A stretch of DNA of 64,000 nucleotides from NCBI GenBank assembly GCA_002633005.1, contig NMRA01000257.1:92731-156730 (forward strand). The letters are read 5' to 3'. The position numbers and the translations under genes are program-made. Origin of the DNA: Phoronis australis (lineage: Eukaryota > Animalia > Phoronida). Below the pieces are notes generated by a model. It was not told the DNA's origin. It did not search any database and was given only the letters and a program-made list of their open reading frames with translations. Of the stretch, positions 36,901-48,842 are shown piece by piece. Positions within the stretch are counted from its first letter, which is position 1. The number at the start of each line of letters is the position of its first letter.

Positions 36901-39900
36901 AGTTTCGTCTGTAGATACTTTTCAACTCAATTGTGGCAGCCGCAGAAAATGAGGCGTCATGACCCATTTGTTATCAAAATCCTCTGATGCCGCCATAGTG
37001 TTCTATAGAGTAACCAAGCACACTTGTCTGGTCTAATTTCCATTATACGTGTAGGTGGTGCACTTAAATGGCACGGTGCCAAAAACCTTGTTATACAGTG
37101 TAATTGCTCAAGTAGTAACACGTTTGATGACACATCGACAATTATGAAATGTTTTGCTAACACCAAATTTTGTTTTTCAGTGAATACCTCAATTTGTTTA
37201 ACACCAATAGAAATCTGACACCTCAGTCATCGCAAAATCATAACCACGAACAAAAAAAATGGTAACCAGTTTACAAAACACATGCAGAGGATCAATGTTT
37301 GTCTTATGAGAAAAAGATTGGCATCCTCATGAACATTTTAAAGCAGTTGTACACTTTGCATGCATGACCACCCTAACAATTAATTCAAGCCAGTAAAATG
37401 TGCTACACGCAGGCCATTGGAACGTCATGACGTTTGATTCACCCATCAAGTAATAATACTATTCTTCATACACTCCAAATTATTGATAAATAACTTCACA
37501 AGAAGAAGGCCAGTGTAAGACTTAAGGTCAGCATGATGGTGCTGAGAACAATGGAACAGGCATCAACAATGAATTTAGCCAAAATCAAGTTTTGTAATGC
37601 ATAACTTTTTATCTAATGCAACTTCCGTTAGAAAGATTGACTCTCATGTGTAGAAGTGTGACAACAGGACAGTTTCATAACAACAGCATATCAGTCAATG
37701 GGGTTTGTGGCACCGTGCATCATTTAAAGATATCACAAGGCTTAAATATGATTAACTTGATCCAATCCATAAGAATAGTGAATAACTTTTCACTTTACTT
37801 GTAATGACCTGTCATGAGGGAAGACTACTTAGGTATGGAATATTGCTTGACTTCAGCCATGGTCATGTGACATGGAATAACAGGTTATTTTGTGCTGTAA
37901 TGTTTACAGATTTCTGACAAATCCACATCGCAGCAGTTAGACTAATAAAATGCAAACAACAAAAAATTATGCCAAAGATTACAATACTTCATCAATACAA
38001 AATGTTCCTCAGTGTCTAAATTACACGTAGCAATGAGCGAAAATTAGCAGTTAAACCTAATTGATAATTATATAAATTAGTATCAATACAAGACAATTCA
38101 TTCAGGTCACCTTGAGCACAAGCTGGCCCCATAAGCCAGTAACAATGTGACGCAGGCGTCATGGCCACTCTTACAAGCCAAGAGGAGGGGTGTGTTCCCG
38201 TCAATATCATCATGGTTCAACTCTGTCAAGTTATGTTGTAAAAGCACTTCCACACATTCATCTTTACCATTTCTATGAAAAGAACATGGTTACACCATGG
38301 TTATGACTTTTAACATTTCATTGTACTCGCTGCCTCTGGCCCAGTAACATCAAAAACTTCCGGCTCGGTAAGAATGAGGACTGTTGGTGATATCAGTGTC
38401 AAATCAAATGTGGCCACCTACTAACCAGCACAGTTCACTATTGGTTGGCTATACATTAATCACTTGAGGCATATTGCTTCAGAGTGTAAGCACATGAGCT
38501 GCATATGGTAGTACAAGCAATGTTCTCAATGTGAATGTAATGCTTTGTACACAACTACCAATTATTACAAGACTTCAAACAGACTCACTCTGCAGCCATG
38601 TGTAATGGTAGTACAAGCAATGTTCTCAATGTGTATGTAATGCTTTGTACACAACTACCAAATTACAAGACTTCAAACAGACTCACTCTGCAGCCAGGTG
38701 TAATGGAGTCTTCTCCTCTTCATCTCTAGCCTGCGGTAATGCCCCATATTCTAACAAGGTCTGTACGAGCACATGCTGACCAGTCAAAGCAGCATAGTGC
38801 AAGGCAGTTTGTCCAGATTTGTCAACGGATTCACGTATGTCATGTGAAGGGTGCTAATTAAAAAACGATCATGATTTTACATCTCAGCCAAGCATGTCTG
38901 ACATACAATGAATCAGAACAACTGTACAGTAGAACAGAGTGAGCTTTTGATTTTGATCAATAGGTTTATTCTTAGCAAAAAATTTAAAACTGTTCATCAA
39001 CCATGCAATTACTTCAGCAGCAACAATAGCCAAATTTGTGTTTACAGAACTTGGTGCAAGCCAAAAAAGACAGACCAGGAGAGCTTCATGGGCGAGCAGG
39101 ACCACTGTGTCATAATTCTCGCTTTCCACAGCCAAATGCAGGCACGTTCTGTTGCTGTCATCACAGCTGGTCAGGCTAGCACCCCTCTCAAGAAGAAACT
39201 CAACAGAGATGGTCTGTCCTCTCTGGGCAGCGCAGAGTAGTGGGGTAAAAGAGAAGATATCAACAGCCTCAAGGTCAGCTTCAGCTTTTAGCAGGACATC
39301 CATAACATGAAGGCAGCCAAATACTGCAGCTCTGTAATGACAAAACGCAATAGTCTCTTGAAGAGAAACTATACACGGACAATTTTTAGCAATGATAATG
39401 TCACTAATTAAAGAGAACAACAGCTCCCAGAAATGATAACCCACAGCCTTACTTGATGAGAAACAAACTTGCCAATTCTCAGAAAGGACAACCCATAACA
39501 GTTACATGATCAGAAACAAACACACCAATTCTCAGAATGGATAACGCACAGCAATCATTTGAAAAGAAACACAGAAGCTCTCAGCAATAACGTGTAGAAG
39601 TCATATGAAGTGAAAGCAACAACAATAACCAATAACACGTTCAGTCACCTTATCAAACAAACACAGCAAATCTCATTCAACAAACTGAGAGGATTGTAAA
39701 AAATAATGACACATAACTGGGCTGTCCCGGATTACATGGCAATAAAATTCTCCTTTGTCCCGGAGATAAGAAAGAGTGTGACCTCGTATTGGAAATCAGG
39801 CACATGTGGCCTCATTGATGTCAGGAAGGCAAAGAAGTTCACATCACACATCTACGGGACTTGTCCAGCTTATCAAACTTTCTCACGTCGGAGTTGCAGC

Positions 39901-42900
39901 CTATAGCACTGCAGTAATACTTTATTAGCATNACTGAGAGGATTGTAAAAAATACTGACACACAACTGGGCTGTCCCGGATTACATGGCGATAAAATTCT
40001 CCTTTGTCCCGGAGATAAGAAAGAGTGTGACCTCGTATTGGAAATCAGGCACATGTGGCCTCATTGATGTCAGGAAGGCAAAGAAGTTCACATCACACAT
40101 CTACGGGACTTGTCCAGCTTATCAAACTTTCTCACGTCGGAGTTGCAGCCTATAGCACTGCAGTAATACTTTATTAGCATTGGAAGGACAAATAGAGTAC
40201 CAAAAAAAAACTTTAATCAGACAACAACAACAGATAACATATGAAATGAATGTGCCTGACGGATGTTTACAGCATTGTGGGTAAATACAGCTAGATTCAC
40301 GTGTCATTGTGCAATCTTGGACAGCCCTATTGTCACCTGAAGGGAACCACAAAAATTCAGTCTCTGCAATTATAACATACATCAATCCCTTGAAGGTACA
40401 ACTAATTAAGAAGCTATGTTCTAACAACATACTCCCACTACTTGACACGAACCAAACAGAAATGACATGACAAATCAAAGTGTTGAAGACAATTTAAGCG
40501 TGATACAACAAGATAGCTTTGACATGGAGACAGCTACCATATTAACAGAGCACCTATAACAAGCAGGTCAAACAATATAATGGAAGGAGGTCTTGCCTGT
40601 GTAGAGGTGTCATATATTCATTGTCCATAGCATCGATGTCTGCCTGATAAGCCAACAACTCACTTGTTATGGCTGCGTAGTCATGAGTGGCAGCAATATG
40701 CAATGGCCTCCAATTGTTGTGCTGGTTGTGAAAATAAGAAACAATCAATTTGTAGTCTACCAACCTTATGAAATTATTTAGTGAGAGGGACCAGTTTTAA
40801 TCACTGGTGATAGAGCCGCCAACATCTGCAGATAACTCAGTGGTCACACAGAACTTACTCAACACCATCCAAGGCTATTAAGGTCCAAAGCACTGTTTCA
40901 AATAATAATAGTAATACTACAGAGGCCCACCTTTTACAAACACTTCTCTATACACTGACTTCTTGCAACTCTTTTAGCTTAGAGCCCTGTAAATAGTCCA
41001 GCAATGGCTCAACATGTGTTTTAAAACAAGAGTGCCTGTCATGGCAACCCACTGTTGTGATGCCCATTGGTTTGCATCCTGTGCAGACTCACTCAATTAT
41101 TGTGCCATTTGGCCTCGTCCACAAAGCAATGTGAAAGGAGTCTATTGCCATACTACATTGATGGTTACCATGGCAATGCCAATGGCAGTTGAAACACTCT
41201 GCAAACATTCCACCTCAGCTGACTACAACTTTCAAAAGCTGAAGCAATGTGTCACTCGCGCTGCTTAACTTTATCGTAAACGACTATCTTTCTCACCTTT
41301 TTATTGTTCACATTTGCCTGGTTATCCAGCAGTAGCTTGACTATGTCCTTCACACCATTCTCAACAGCTGCATGGAGGGCAGCCTGGCCCTCATCATCCT
41401 CCCTGTTGACATAGTCTTCCTTCATCTGTCTGTTGTCAGCTGAGGAGAAATAACAACACGTTAATGACATTGATACTTAAAGTGGCATAGAATGTGAAAA
41501 ACAGACTAAGTTGCATTGTTCAAAGTGGTTCTCTGCCACTGAAACAATGACAGTCAAAATATTCACCAGGCCTTTTCACGGTTTGTTTGTTGAGATTTTA
41601 AATTTCTGTTGGTTTCAAAGCATTTACCTTTAGTTTCAAATTTCAAAAAAAAACGATCTGTCAACTGCTCTTCACTTCATCGATTTCTCTCACAAGATAA
41701 AGCATGTCTCCATATTTGGTATGACAGGACATGAATGTTGCACATTTCCCTTACGTGGAAAATGTAACCCGTGACCTTTGACCTTTGATAAAAACAAAAC
41801 AGTCGATTTCAAGCAGCAGTCAGCACACATGAGTGAGACTTCTTTGAGCGCCTCAGCGCATATATATTATCAAGGGTGAAGAATTTGAATACTGGATTGG
41901 GGTGAAAAAGTTCTGATCATATTTTGTGTATGTGTTTTATAAATTAGTGAATCTGACGGCTTTTTCTAGAATTTCTTGCAATATTCAAAGCGAAAAACTC
42001 TTACGTTACCATCCCCAAAAAATAGATTCCCCACGATCTGTTTTGAAGGTATTTTTTTATGAGTTTTCGCAGAAATTTAATGCACATAACAAATTGTGCA
42101 CTTTTTAAGAAGTGATCATGGAGTTCACAATAGTTGGACCCAAAACTGAAGAGGCGCAGTAGCCCTAATGAATGCTGTTAGCTATTAAGACCAAAACATG
42201 ATCAAAACCTGGGGATTACGTGATAACAAAACCTGGACATTGCGCAGCCTCAAAATGTGACACCCATCACAGTAACGAGATAGGTAATAAAGGAATGACC
42301 CACCTTCCACTAGCAGACACCTGACTATATCAGTATGGCCATGTCCGGCTGCAACAATTAGAGGAGTTTTGCCAGACAAGTCTTCCAACTCTATGTTAGC
42401 ATAGTAGTTCAGCTGAAATGAGTACCAGAATCATGTCTATCAACAGGCAGTACAGCCAACAGGAAATTATTTCAAATTCCATAAAGTTTTACTGCACACA
42501 TTGTTGGTCTTCAATCAAGTCAGGAGATAAAACAAAGATTACACTAAAAAAAAACGCCATGCTCGATGCTTCCTTGAGTTTGCTTCAAATGGGGAATGAC
42601 ATTATTTGATTAAAATTTTTGCCAACAACCGCTAAACGTGTTCCATATTAATATAAGCCATGTTTATACTTATTGCAATGGGCACAACCGCAGTTGCATT
42701 TTAATGTTAACAATAACTGAAAACACAATTCTATTAACAATTTGCCTTTAGTTACCAAGACATGTTCAAGTGTAACATCATGATGAGATCTTTAAAGTGT
42801 ATCTTTCACTTTGCGTTACCCAATAAGCCACTTATATTGAAAACCAGTGCACATGGCACTCAATGTTAAAATGCTCTTACTAATGTCTGGACGATGTCCA

Positions 42901-45900
42901 TATTTTTCTGGAGACAAGCATCATGTAATGGGGTACATCTGTCATTATCTACTGGAGACACATGGCAGCCAGAGTCCAGTAACAGCTGCAAAATACTCAG
43001 ATAAGTTAACCACAGTTCAAACACAGTTAAAATAAACCTGCTTAAAAATAAATCTGCTTAAATTAGTTCTTTACGCCACTGTTCTCAGCATTTATGAAAT
43101 TATACGATATGTCTGGGCCAAGGTCTTTGATGTTGTAAGCAAACTTACAGTTAGGATCAATTATGTTGGAAAGTTTCACTGCCCTGCATGCAAAGTAGTC
43201 AAATCATCTATAATTCTGGGCAGCTGTTGTACGGAGAAAAAGTGTATCGACCATCAAATGTCAAGTGGCTATAGCTGCACTAAATAGCACTAAATAGCAC
43301 TAAAATTAACTCTTTCCTTTCCCTATTACCAAACTTGCTCCACACCCAAAACCCGTAAGAACAGCATGACTTACCTGTACAAGATCTATCTGTCCCCTGC
43401 GTGCTGCGATGTGTAGTGGTGTCTTTCCTCTGTTGTCTGTCACATTTGGGTCAGCAGAAGCTTTGAGAAGGCTGACAGCAGCGGCATTTGCTTTGTACTT
43501 GCAGGCAATGTGTAGAGGTGTGCAGCGGTCCGCTCCCTCTATGTTGGGATTAGCACCTTTTGAAAGCATTAGATCAAGTGCACCGTGCCTGAAATTTAGT
43601 GTTCACCTCATCGGAGCGGGAAAGGCTGTTAGTTATTAAAACTATTCTGGTTAGCAATTATGACTGGTTAACACTTTAGTATATATGGTTGTAGGTACCA
43701 TATGCTTTTGTAAATGAGTTTACAAAATCAAAAATAAAAATCAGTGACTTTGAGTGACCATTCAGAAAATTGCTTTCAGTGATCCAAACAATTACTCCCA
43801 ATTTTTAATCTGTTTTAATGTATAACAAACAAAAGACTGATCTGCACAAACATCCTAAAAAAAACAATTAAACGTACCGATTATGTTTTGCTGCATAATG
43901 TAAACAAGAAAATCCACCATTGTCAAGGTCAGTAGCATGTGAAGGTTTCACTTTCATATAGTCCTCAACAACAGGCAAATTTCCATCCCGAACTGCCTAC
44001 AAACATTAGTGAATTTTGTATTATAAAATTGCAAACATTAAGCCTGGCCAGCACGCCACCTGTTGGCCACATTTATACATTCACTAATATATATATAAAA
44101 TGAATATATACTTAGTAAATACAACTTTACACAGCTGTCCTAATGAATTTACTAAGCAAATGCATAACTTGGTATCTACTAAAAATGGGAGTGGAATTGT
44201 CAACTATCTGATCACAAACATAACCAGTCAAACCCTTCTTGGTTCAAGTATTAATTGTCAATTAGGAAAACAATGAAACTTCAAATTGTGGGGAGCGCAA
44301 CAATAATTTTTTTTTTACGTTTACTTAATCATAGAATGCCACGTTGCTGACATTCATTCCAACCTTGTACAGACATTACATCCCATATTCATCTCCTCAT
44401 TCTCTTCCTTCCCCTTTTTCCCATTCATCATTAACACACGCCCTGTCGGTAGTTTCCACTGTCTCTATGTTATCCTGCACGATCTATTTTTATTACGTAG
44501 CGAAATGAGTTTTATTTGGCGGAATGAAATTTCTCCAAGTGTGTTGTTTTGTTGTGAAGTTTGGTTTTTTGTTTGGTACGCATACTGCAAGTCACATTCT
44601 TTGTCCAATCGATGAGAAACTCACATAGAATATATCTCGTTAAAATATCGGGGCCTATTGTTTTGGAGTGAAACACTGGTACAAAGGTGGTGCTGTGACA
44701 GAACTCTAGCTCTGCAGTCTGTTGACAGATTTTTCTGCAATTTGGTCAATGGCTACCACTCTCGAGTTATTTGAAATCAATGTGATGTTAATGATGACGG
44801 CAATGGTGGCCATGATCAAGTTGTCATTTTCAGCATTATTGGTCGGCAGCATCATCGTCCTTGCCTTGGGTGGCATGGGCGTTGCATAGCCTGATTGTCA
44901 TCAATGTCACGGGTGTTGGGTGGCCTGATTGTCATCAGTGGGTGTTGGGTGGCCTGATTGTCATCAGTGTTATGGGCGTTGGGTGTTCTGATTGTAATCA
45001 TTGTCATGGGCGTTGCGTGGCCTGATTGCCATCAATTTCACGGGTGTTGGGTGGCCTGATTGTCATCAGTGTTATGGGTGTTGGGTGGCCTGATTGTTAT
45101 CAGTTTCATGGGTGTCCGGTTGCCTGATTGTCATCAGTGTCATGGGCATCGGGTGGCCCGAATGTCATCAGTGTCATGGGTGTTGGATGGTGTGATTGTT
45201 ATTCAGTGTCATGGACATTGGGTGCCCTGATTGTCGTCAGTGGCATTGATTGGCATCATTGGTTTTAGCTACGGTTTCATGTCCACGGACATTGTTTATG
45301 TGTCCCTTCATACTTGCTGTCGGTGCATCAGCACTAGAAGTACTGGAGGTGATGTTGCCTGCTGGCGGCACTGTTGTCAATGGTGTCAAAGTTTTGATTG
45401 TCATACTCCCTTGAGTCTCTGCCTCAGTCAATTTCTAATTATACACCAGAATGGTGGTGCTTTTGAACCATATTTTATTTGAACGGATTTATTCAAATTA
45501 TGGGATGCGAGTCTGGAAAATTTGTCCCACGGTTTTGTATCAGCTGGTACTGGACTTGGGCTCAGAGGATCATCACTGAAATTATATGGCGTGAAGTAAC
45601 CGCCACAGAATTGTGGCCACCATTTGTTGTTAATTAACATACAACACCACATACCGTACATACATAAACGTATACATGTTGTAGCCACCCTTTGTTGTTA
45701 ACATACAACACCATATATATACATATACATATATATATATATATATACCTATATGTACACATATGCACCTCAAACCATCAACAACCTTTCATACCTTAAG
45801 CATGCTTGAAGACGGCAAAGAATCATCAGCAACTATAGATGGAAGTCTGTCATACTTCACACTGGCCAACATTGCTGTCAAGCCAACTGAATGAAAAGTC

Positions 45901-45935
45901 AAATTCTGTCCATGGGAAATTCTGGGTCTCGACAT
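21951..45935 (-). CDS. TRPA1-like: TRPA1-like transient receptor potential cation channel, paralogue B (complete; ~1101 aa, ~16-17 ankyrin repeats + 6 TM + TRP-like helix + coiled coil)
   Basis: 25 coding exons: 45795-45935 (ATG), 43878-43996, 43375-43588, 42881-42985, 42304-42412, 41297-41439, 40597-40721, 39076-39331, 38687-38853, 38111-38272, 36681-36792, 35816-35985, 34919-35048, 34292-34369, 33384-33454, 32289-32430, 31414-31443, 30697-30813, 29243-29406, 28870-28930, 27885-27956, 26590-26766, 24996-25190, 22951-23072, 21951-22074 (TAG). They sum to 3306 nt in one frame. TRPA hallmarks: VTFNFEYID, MVQYKREELLSH..KW, DPWNW (S3), VFLSWINLIMYLRR (S4), VGIYIIMF, pore FSFTTGEIEF, S6 VPVALMNLLVGIAVGDIEKV..A...RIRMQV. 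Confidence 0.93.
26491..26604. repeat. 45-bp tandem triplication covering the S6 exon end and splice donor of paralogue B
   Basis: AACACT(T/C)A(C/T)CAAGAGGTTCATCAGA starts at 26491, 26536 and 26581. Confidence 0.9.
36366..36598. mobile_element. MITE family 1, 5-bp TSD TAAAT
   Basis: TAAAT|CGTGCGCGCACCCAG ... GGTGCACGCATG|TAAAT; opposite orientation to the 17235 copy. Confidence 0.78.
38505..38706. repeat. ~100-bp tandem duplication including the 3' end and donor of an ankyrin exon of paralogue B
   Basis: atggtagtacaagcaatgttctc...cagactcactctgcagcca(t/g)gtgtaatgg occurs twice, starting at 38505 and 38605. Confidence 0.88.
39410..39600. repeat. ~52-bp degenerate tandem repeat
   Basis: Recurrent agaaacaaac...caattctcagaa..gataacccacagc units. 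Confidence 0.55.
39684..40180. repeat. 248-bp direct duplication separated by a single N (probable assembly artefact)
   Basis: 39684-39931 and 39933-40180 are near-identical, with N at 39932. Confidence 0.88.
44868..45243. repeat. 33-bp minisatellite (~11 copies) in first coding intron of paralogue B
   Basis: Consensus GGGTGTTGGGTGGCCTGATTGTCATCAGTGTCAT repeated in tandem. Confidence 0.9.
45713..45765. repeat. (TA)n/(TACA) microsatellite
   Basis: catatatatacatatacatatatatatatatatatac. Confidence 0.85.
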
Positions 45936-47662
45936 TTTGTCTGTAAAAAAGGAAATGATTAACTTATTGAACAAGTGTCGGGACATGGGTCTAATTGCAA
46001 TGTTCAGAAAAATTCAACTCCATTTACAGACAAAGCCTTTGTATATAGTTTCACATCACGCAAATAAGTTGTATGTTAAGATGGTGCCAATGGCCACATA
46101 CTGCAGAAATTGTAGACAAAATTAAAAAAGAGATTTGCATGTGAGCAGGTGACGTGAGATTACAGCTATAGTGGATGGCACAAAACAATAACCACTTATT
46201 ATAATTTGACCAACTGCCAGAAGGCAATTGCTTATGCAGAACGAACAACTGTGGACGAAACACTAAGGCTTATTGAGAGCTAAATAGAATGAGCGATACC
46301 AGAACAAAATGGCAGATGGCAGAGAGAGAGGGCGCTGACTACAGCGAAACGACATCTGGCAGATTGGCGTGACTTCTCATTCTCCACAAAAACATAAACT
46401 AACAACAGATGAGTAGGCTACTAAGCATGAGGAAACTTTAACTGTCCTTAGCTAAGTAGGTAATCCTGTAAATACGAGGGTGGGTGGTGAGAACGTTTCG
46501 GTCGACAACAGGCATTGGCCTCTTTGAGAGCGGGTTGGGCATCAGAGCAAGCGTGCCAAAGCAATTATCCACCCTTTCGCAAGGCCCTGATCGATCACTG
46601 TTTGAGCGTTTACTTCGACCTTTTCTATCATCTATAGACTACATGCAGTGAGTAGGCCTACCCCTCGGCCCCGGACAGCCGACTGTCAGCGGAGGATTGA
46701 GTCCAATGTAACTACTGCATATTTCGATTTCGGCTTCATGAGTTCCACTCGCTTTCGTTGGCCGTGGGGCAGTACCAAAGTCATTCCAGTCACAACTGAA
46801 GCCTGAATTTTCGAGTGGTAGGCGTTTTCACTGTTCACAATCACAGTCAGTCAACTTGTTGAAGACGAGTTTCACCACACGTGCAGTGAGTTTTCACATT
46901 GATTTCTGTTTACAGCTACCGCAAGCACTTTAAGTCACTCTGTATTTGTAAAAAGTTAAATAAAAAGCTTACATGGGGTGATACTGGCGACTTTTAGCAA
47001 CAACTGAAGAAATCTTTGCCTTTGACAGGTTTTCAGTCGAGCGCAGCGTCTGCAGCTGTTTTGTGATTTCCTATAGTTACCAAATTGACCACTAGGGGGC
47101 TAGTACATGTGCCGTAAATTTCCGAAAGAGCACGACTCTTGTCGGTCTCCCCTGAACCAAATTGCCGCCTGAGTGAGTGAAGAGTAAAAAGTAAAAGTTT
47201 TACTTAAACCTCGGGGGTGAAGTACAACAAACCGTTACCACAGATGTTATTAACCGACAAAGATATTAATAAAAATATAAACAACTAGAATTCTATATAC
47301 GACATTTCAGTCTTACGATTTACAACAGGAGTCCTCCCGCGGCCGGGATGCCGCGCCGGCGCGGCCTTCAAGTTTCCAAGTCAGAGTTCGACATATTGGC
47401 GCATGCGCCTACGTTTCGCATATAAGCCCAAATAATGTCAAGTGCATAGGCCCATACATTAATTATACATAGGCGTACGAATGATGAGCGAGTGACGGGG
47501 GGGGGGGGGGGNTTGCCGGGGGACCGGTGCCCCGCCCCCTGATCCCTCCCCGCAACCATGAAATCTTTCCTACTCTGCAATGTTGGGCGCACCCATTTGA
47601 CTACCGTTATGCATCCTGATGACATTTTTTTATATTTGTGTTACGTCCCTGCATGGTGTCAC

Positions 47663-47945
47663 TGATCAGGCGCAGTACGGTGTGACGACCGGGTGCTCAG
47701 ACCCCGTCCCGGCCGTGTGGGTTCGACTCCCACTGGACCACATTGCTTTTAGCCCCTTGAGTCAAGTTTCTGGGTCCTCAGCTCGGTTTTACTGAACTAT
47801 ATATTAATAAAGCATAAAAAATGGTTCCAGGTGATCGTGCAATAGGCCGCGGCCCGGCCGCGGGCCTGCCATGCCATAGTGCGCACGTCCTCTTATAGTG
47901 GTAGGCAAGTAGACCGAGTGCAATACGTGTCACGTTAAGCGTTTT
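47663..47945 (+). mobile_element. tRNA-derived SINE (tRNA-Leu(CAG)-like head) or tRNA pseudogene
   Basis: A-box-like AGGCGCAGTACGG, loop CT-CAG-AC, long variable arm, and T-arm GTGGGTTCGACTCCCAC with B box, ending GGACCA at 47740. A CCCTTGAGTCAAG core-like segment follows. Acceptor and anticodon stems pair poorly, so it is not called a functional tRNA. Confidence 0.55.
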
Positions 47946-47949
47946 TAAA

Positions 47950-48520
47950 TTTTCTTAACAATCAGAACACAACTGCCAGAGTGGGGCATAAAAGTTATTG
48001 TCCGGCGAGCCAGATATGTCGAGGTGTTTGTGAGGTTATTTCGTTGTTGTTACCAAAAACTGTAAACTTACATTATGGGTGGTAGGCCTACAGCTGGTGT
48101 CATTTTAGTGCTCTCGCTTCAGTTGTGGCCTAAATGTAACGTTGAATATTGTCGGCCTTAGCAAAGTTAGTAACAGTCCATTTTGTTGCTCATTGTTGAA
48201 GTTTATCTAGGTCGTATTCAGTTGAAAATGGAATATTGATTTTTTGAGAATGGGTAAAAAATTAATGTATCATCGGCGTAGATATTTTTTGCGCTGTCTG
48301 CGTCAGGATTATCGTAAGTTGACAAGGAAGAGAAGAGGACCCGCGAAGAGGGGGGATACAGTACTCCCCAATAAACCCCTAGAGACGTAATAACCCGGGG
48401 CACTACGGTACGTGTTCCAATAAGGTGTGAGAGTGATGAAACATTCGTCTCACTGACCACAGGAATTAGCCAAGACATTGTCCGCACAGGACTCCCAGTT
48501 TTGTATGAAAAATCTTTGTT
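47950..48520 (-). mobile_element. CR1/L2-type LINE reverse transcriptase remnant
   Basis: The minus strand reads GPLLFLV (frameshift) IYADDTLIF ... DLDKLQQ*A ... HKHLDI, matching the RT motif order GPLLF/YADD/DL..L..W/K.LGV. A short MITE-like piece at ~48345-48410 interrupts it. Confidence 0.7.
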
Positions 48521-48842
48521 GCAGTATACGTTTCGTCTACACTATAACTTTGTGTTCGTACTCAGTAAGTACTTCGTAAAAGTCCGGAAAATGTGTTTTG
48601 CACGGATTTTCTGGAACAAATTTGTTCAGAAGAAAAGCTGTGTCTAGAAGAAGTAAATTACCAATTCGACATCCCTTTGTGGACGAAACCTCCTAATTCG
48701 TGCGGTTCTTATGTGTGGCCCAATGATGACATCGCGTGTTTCTTTTTAAATTATCTCGGGATCCAGTCTAGATAATTTTCCTCAGTGCGTCGCGCGGTAC
48801 GCCACAGTCTTCTGGCGCGTCGCAAAATTGCCACATCATCTG

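Noticed and set aside
39684-40180. 248-bp direct repeat as a possible LTR pair or real duplication
   Set aside because: The copies abut across a single N, which is typical of unmerged overlapping contig ends or haplotypes.
44305-44700. Possible RTE-LINE 3' end on the minus strand (NGKKGK..., poly-A)
   Set aside because: There is only one weak motif and I found no TSD.
44868-45243. Regular ~33-bp repeats as a CRISPR-like array
   Set aside because: The units are contiguous with no unique spacers, there are no cas genes, and the context is eukaryotic.
47663-47740. Functional tRNA-Leu(CAG) gene
   Set aside because: Acceptor, D and anticodon stems pair poorly and SINE-like sequence follows, so it is treated as SINE/pseudogene.
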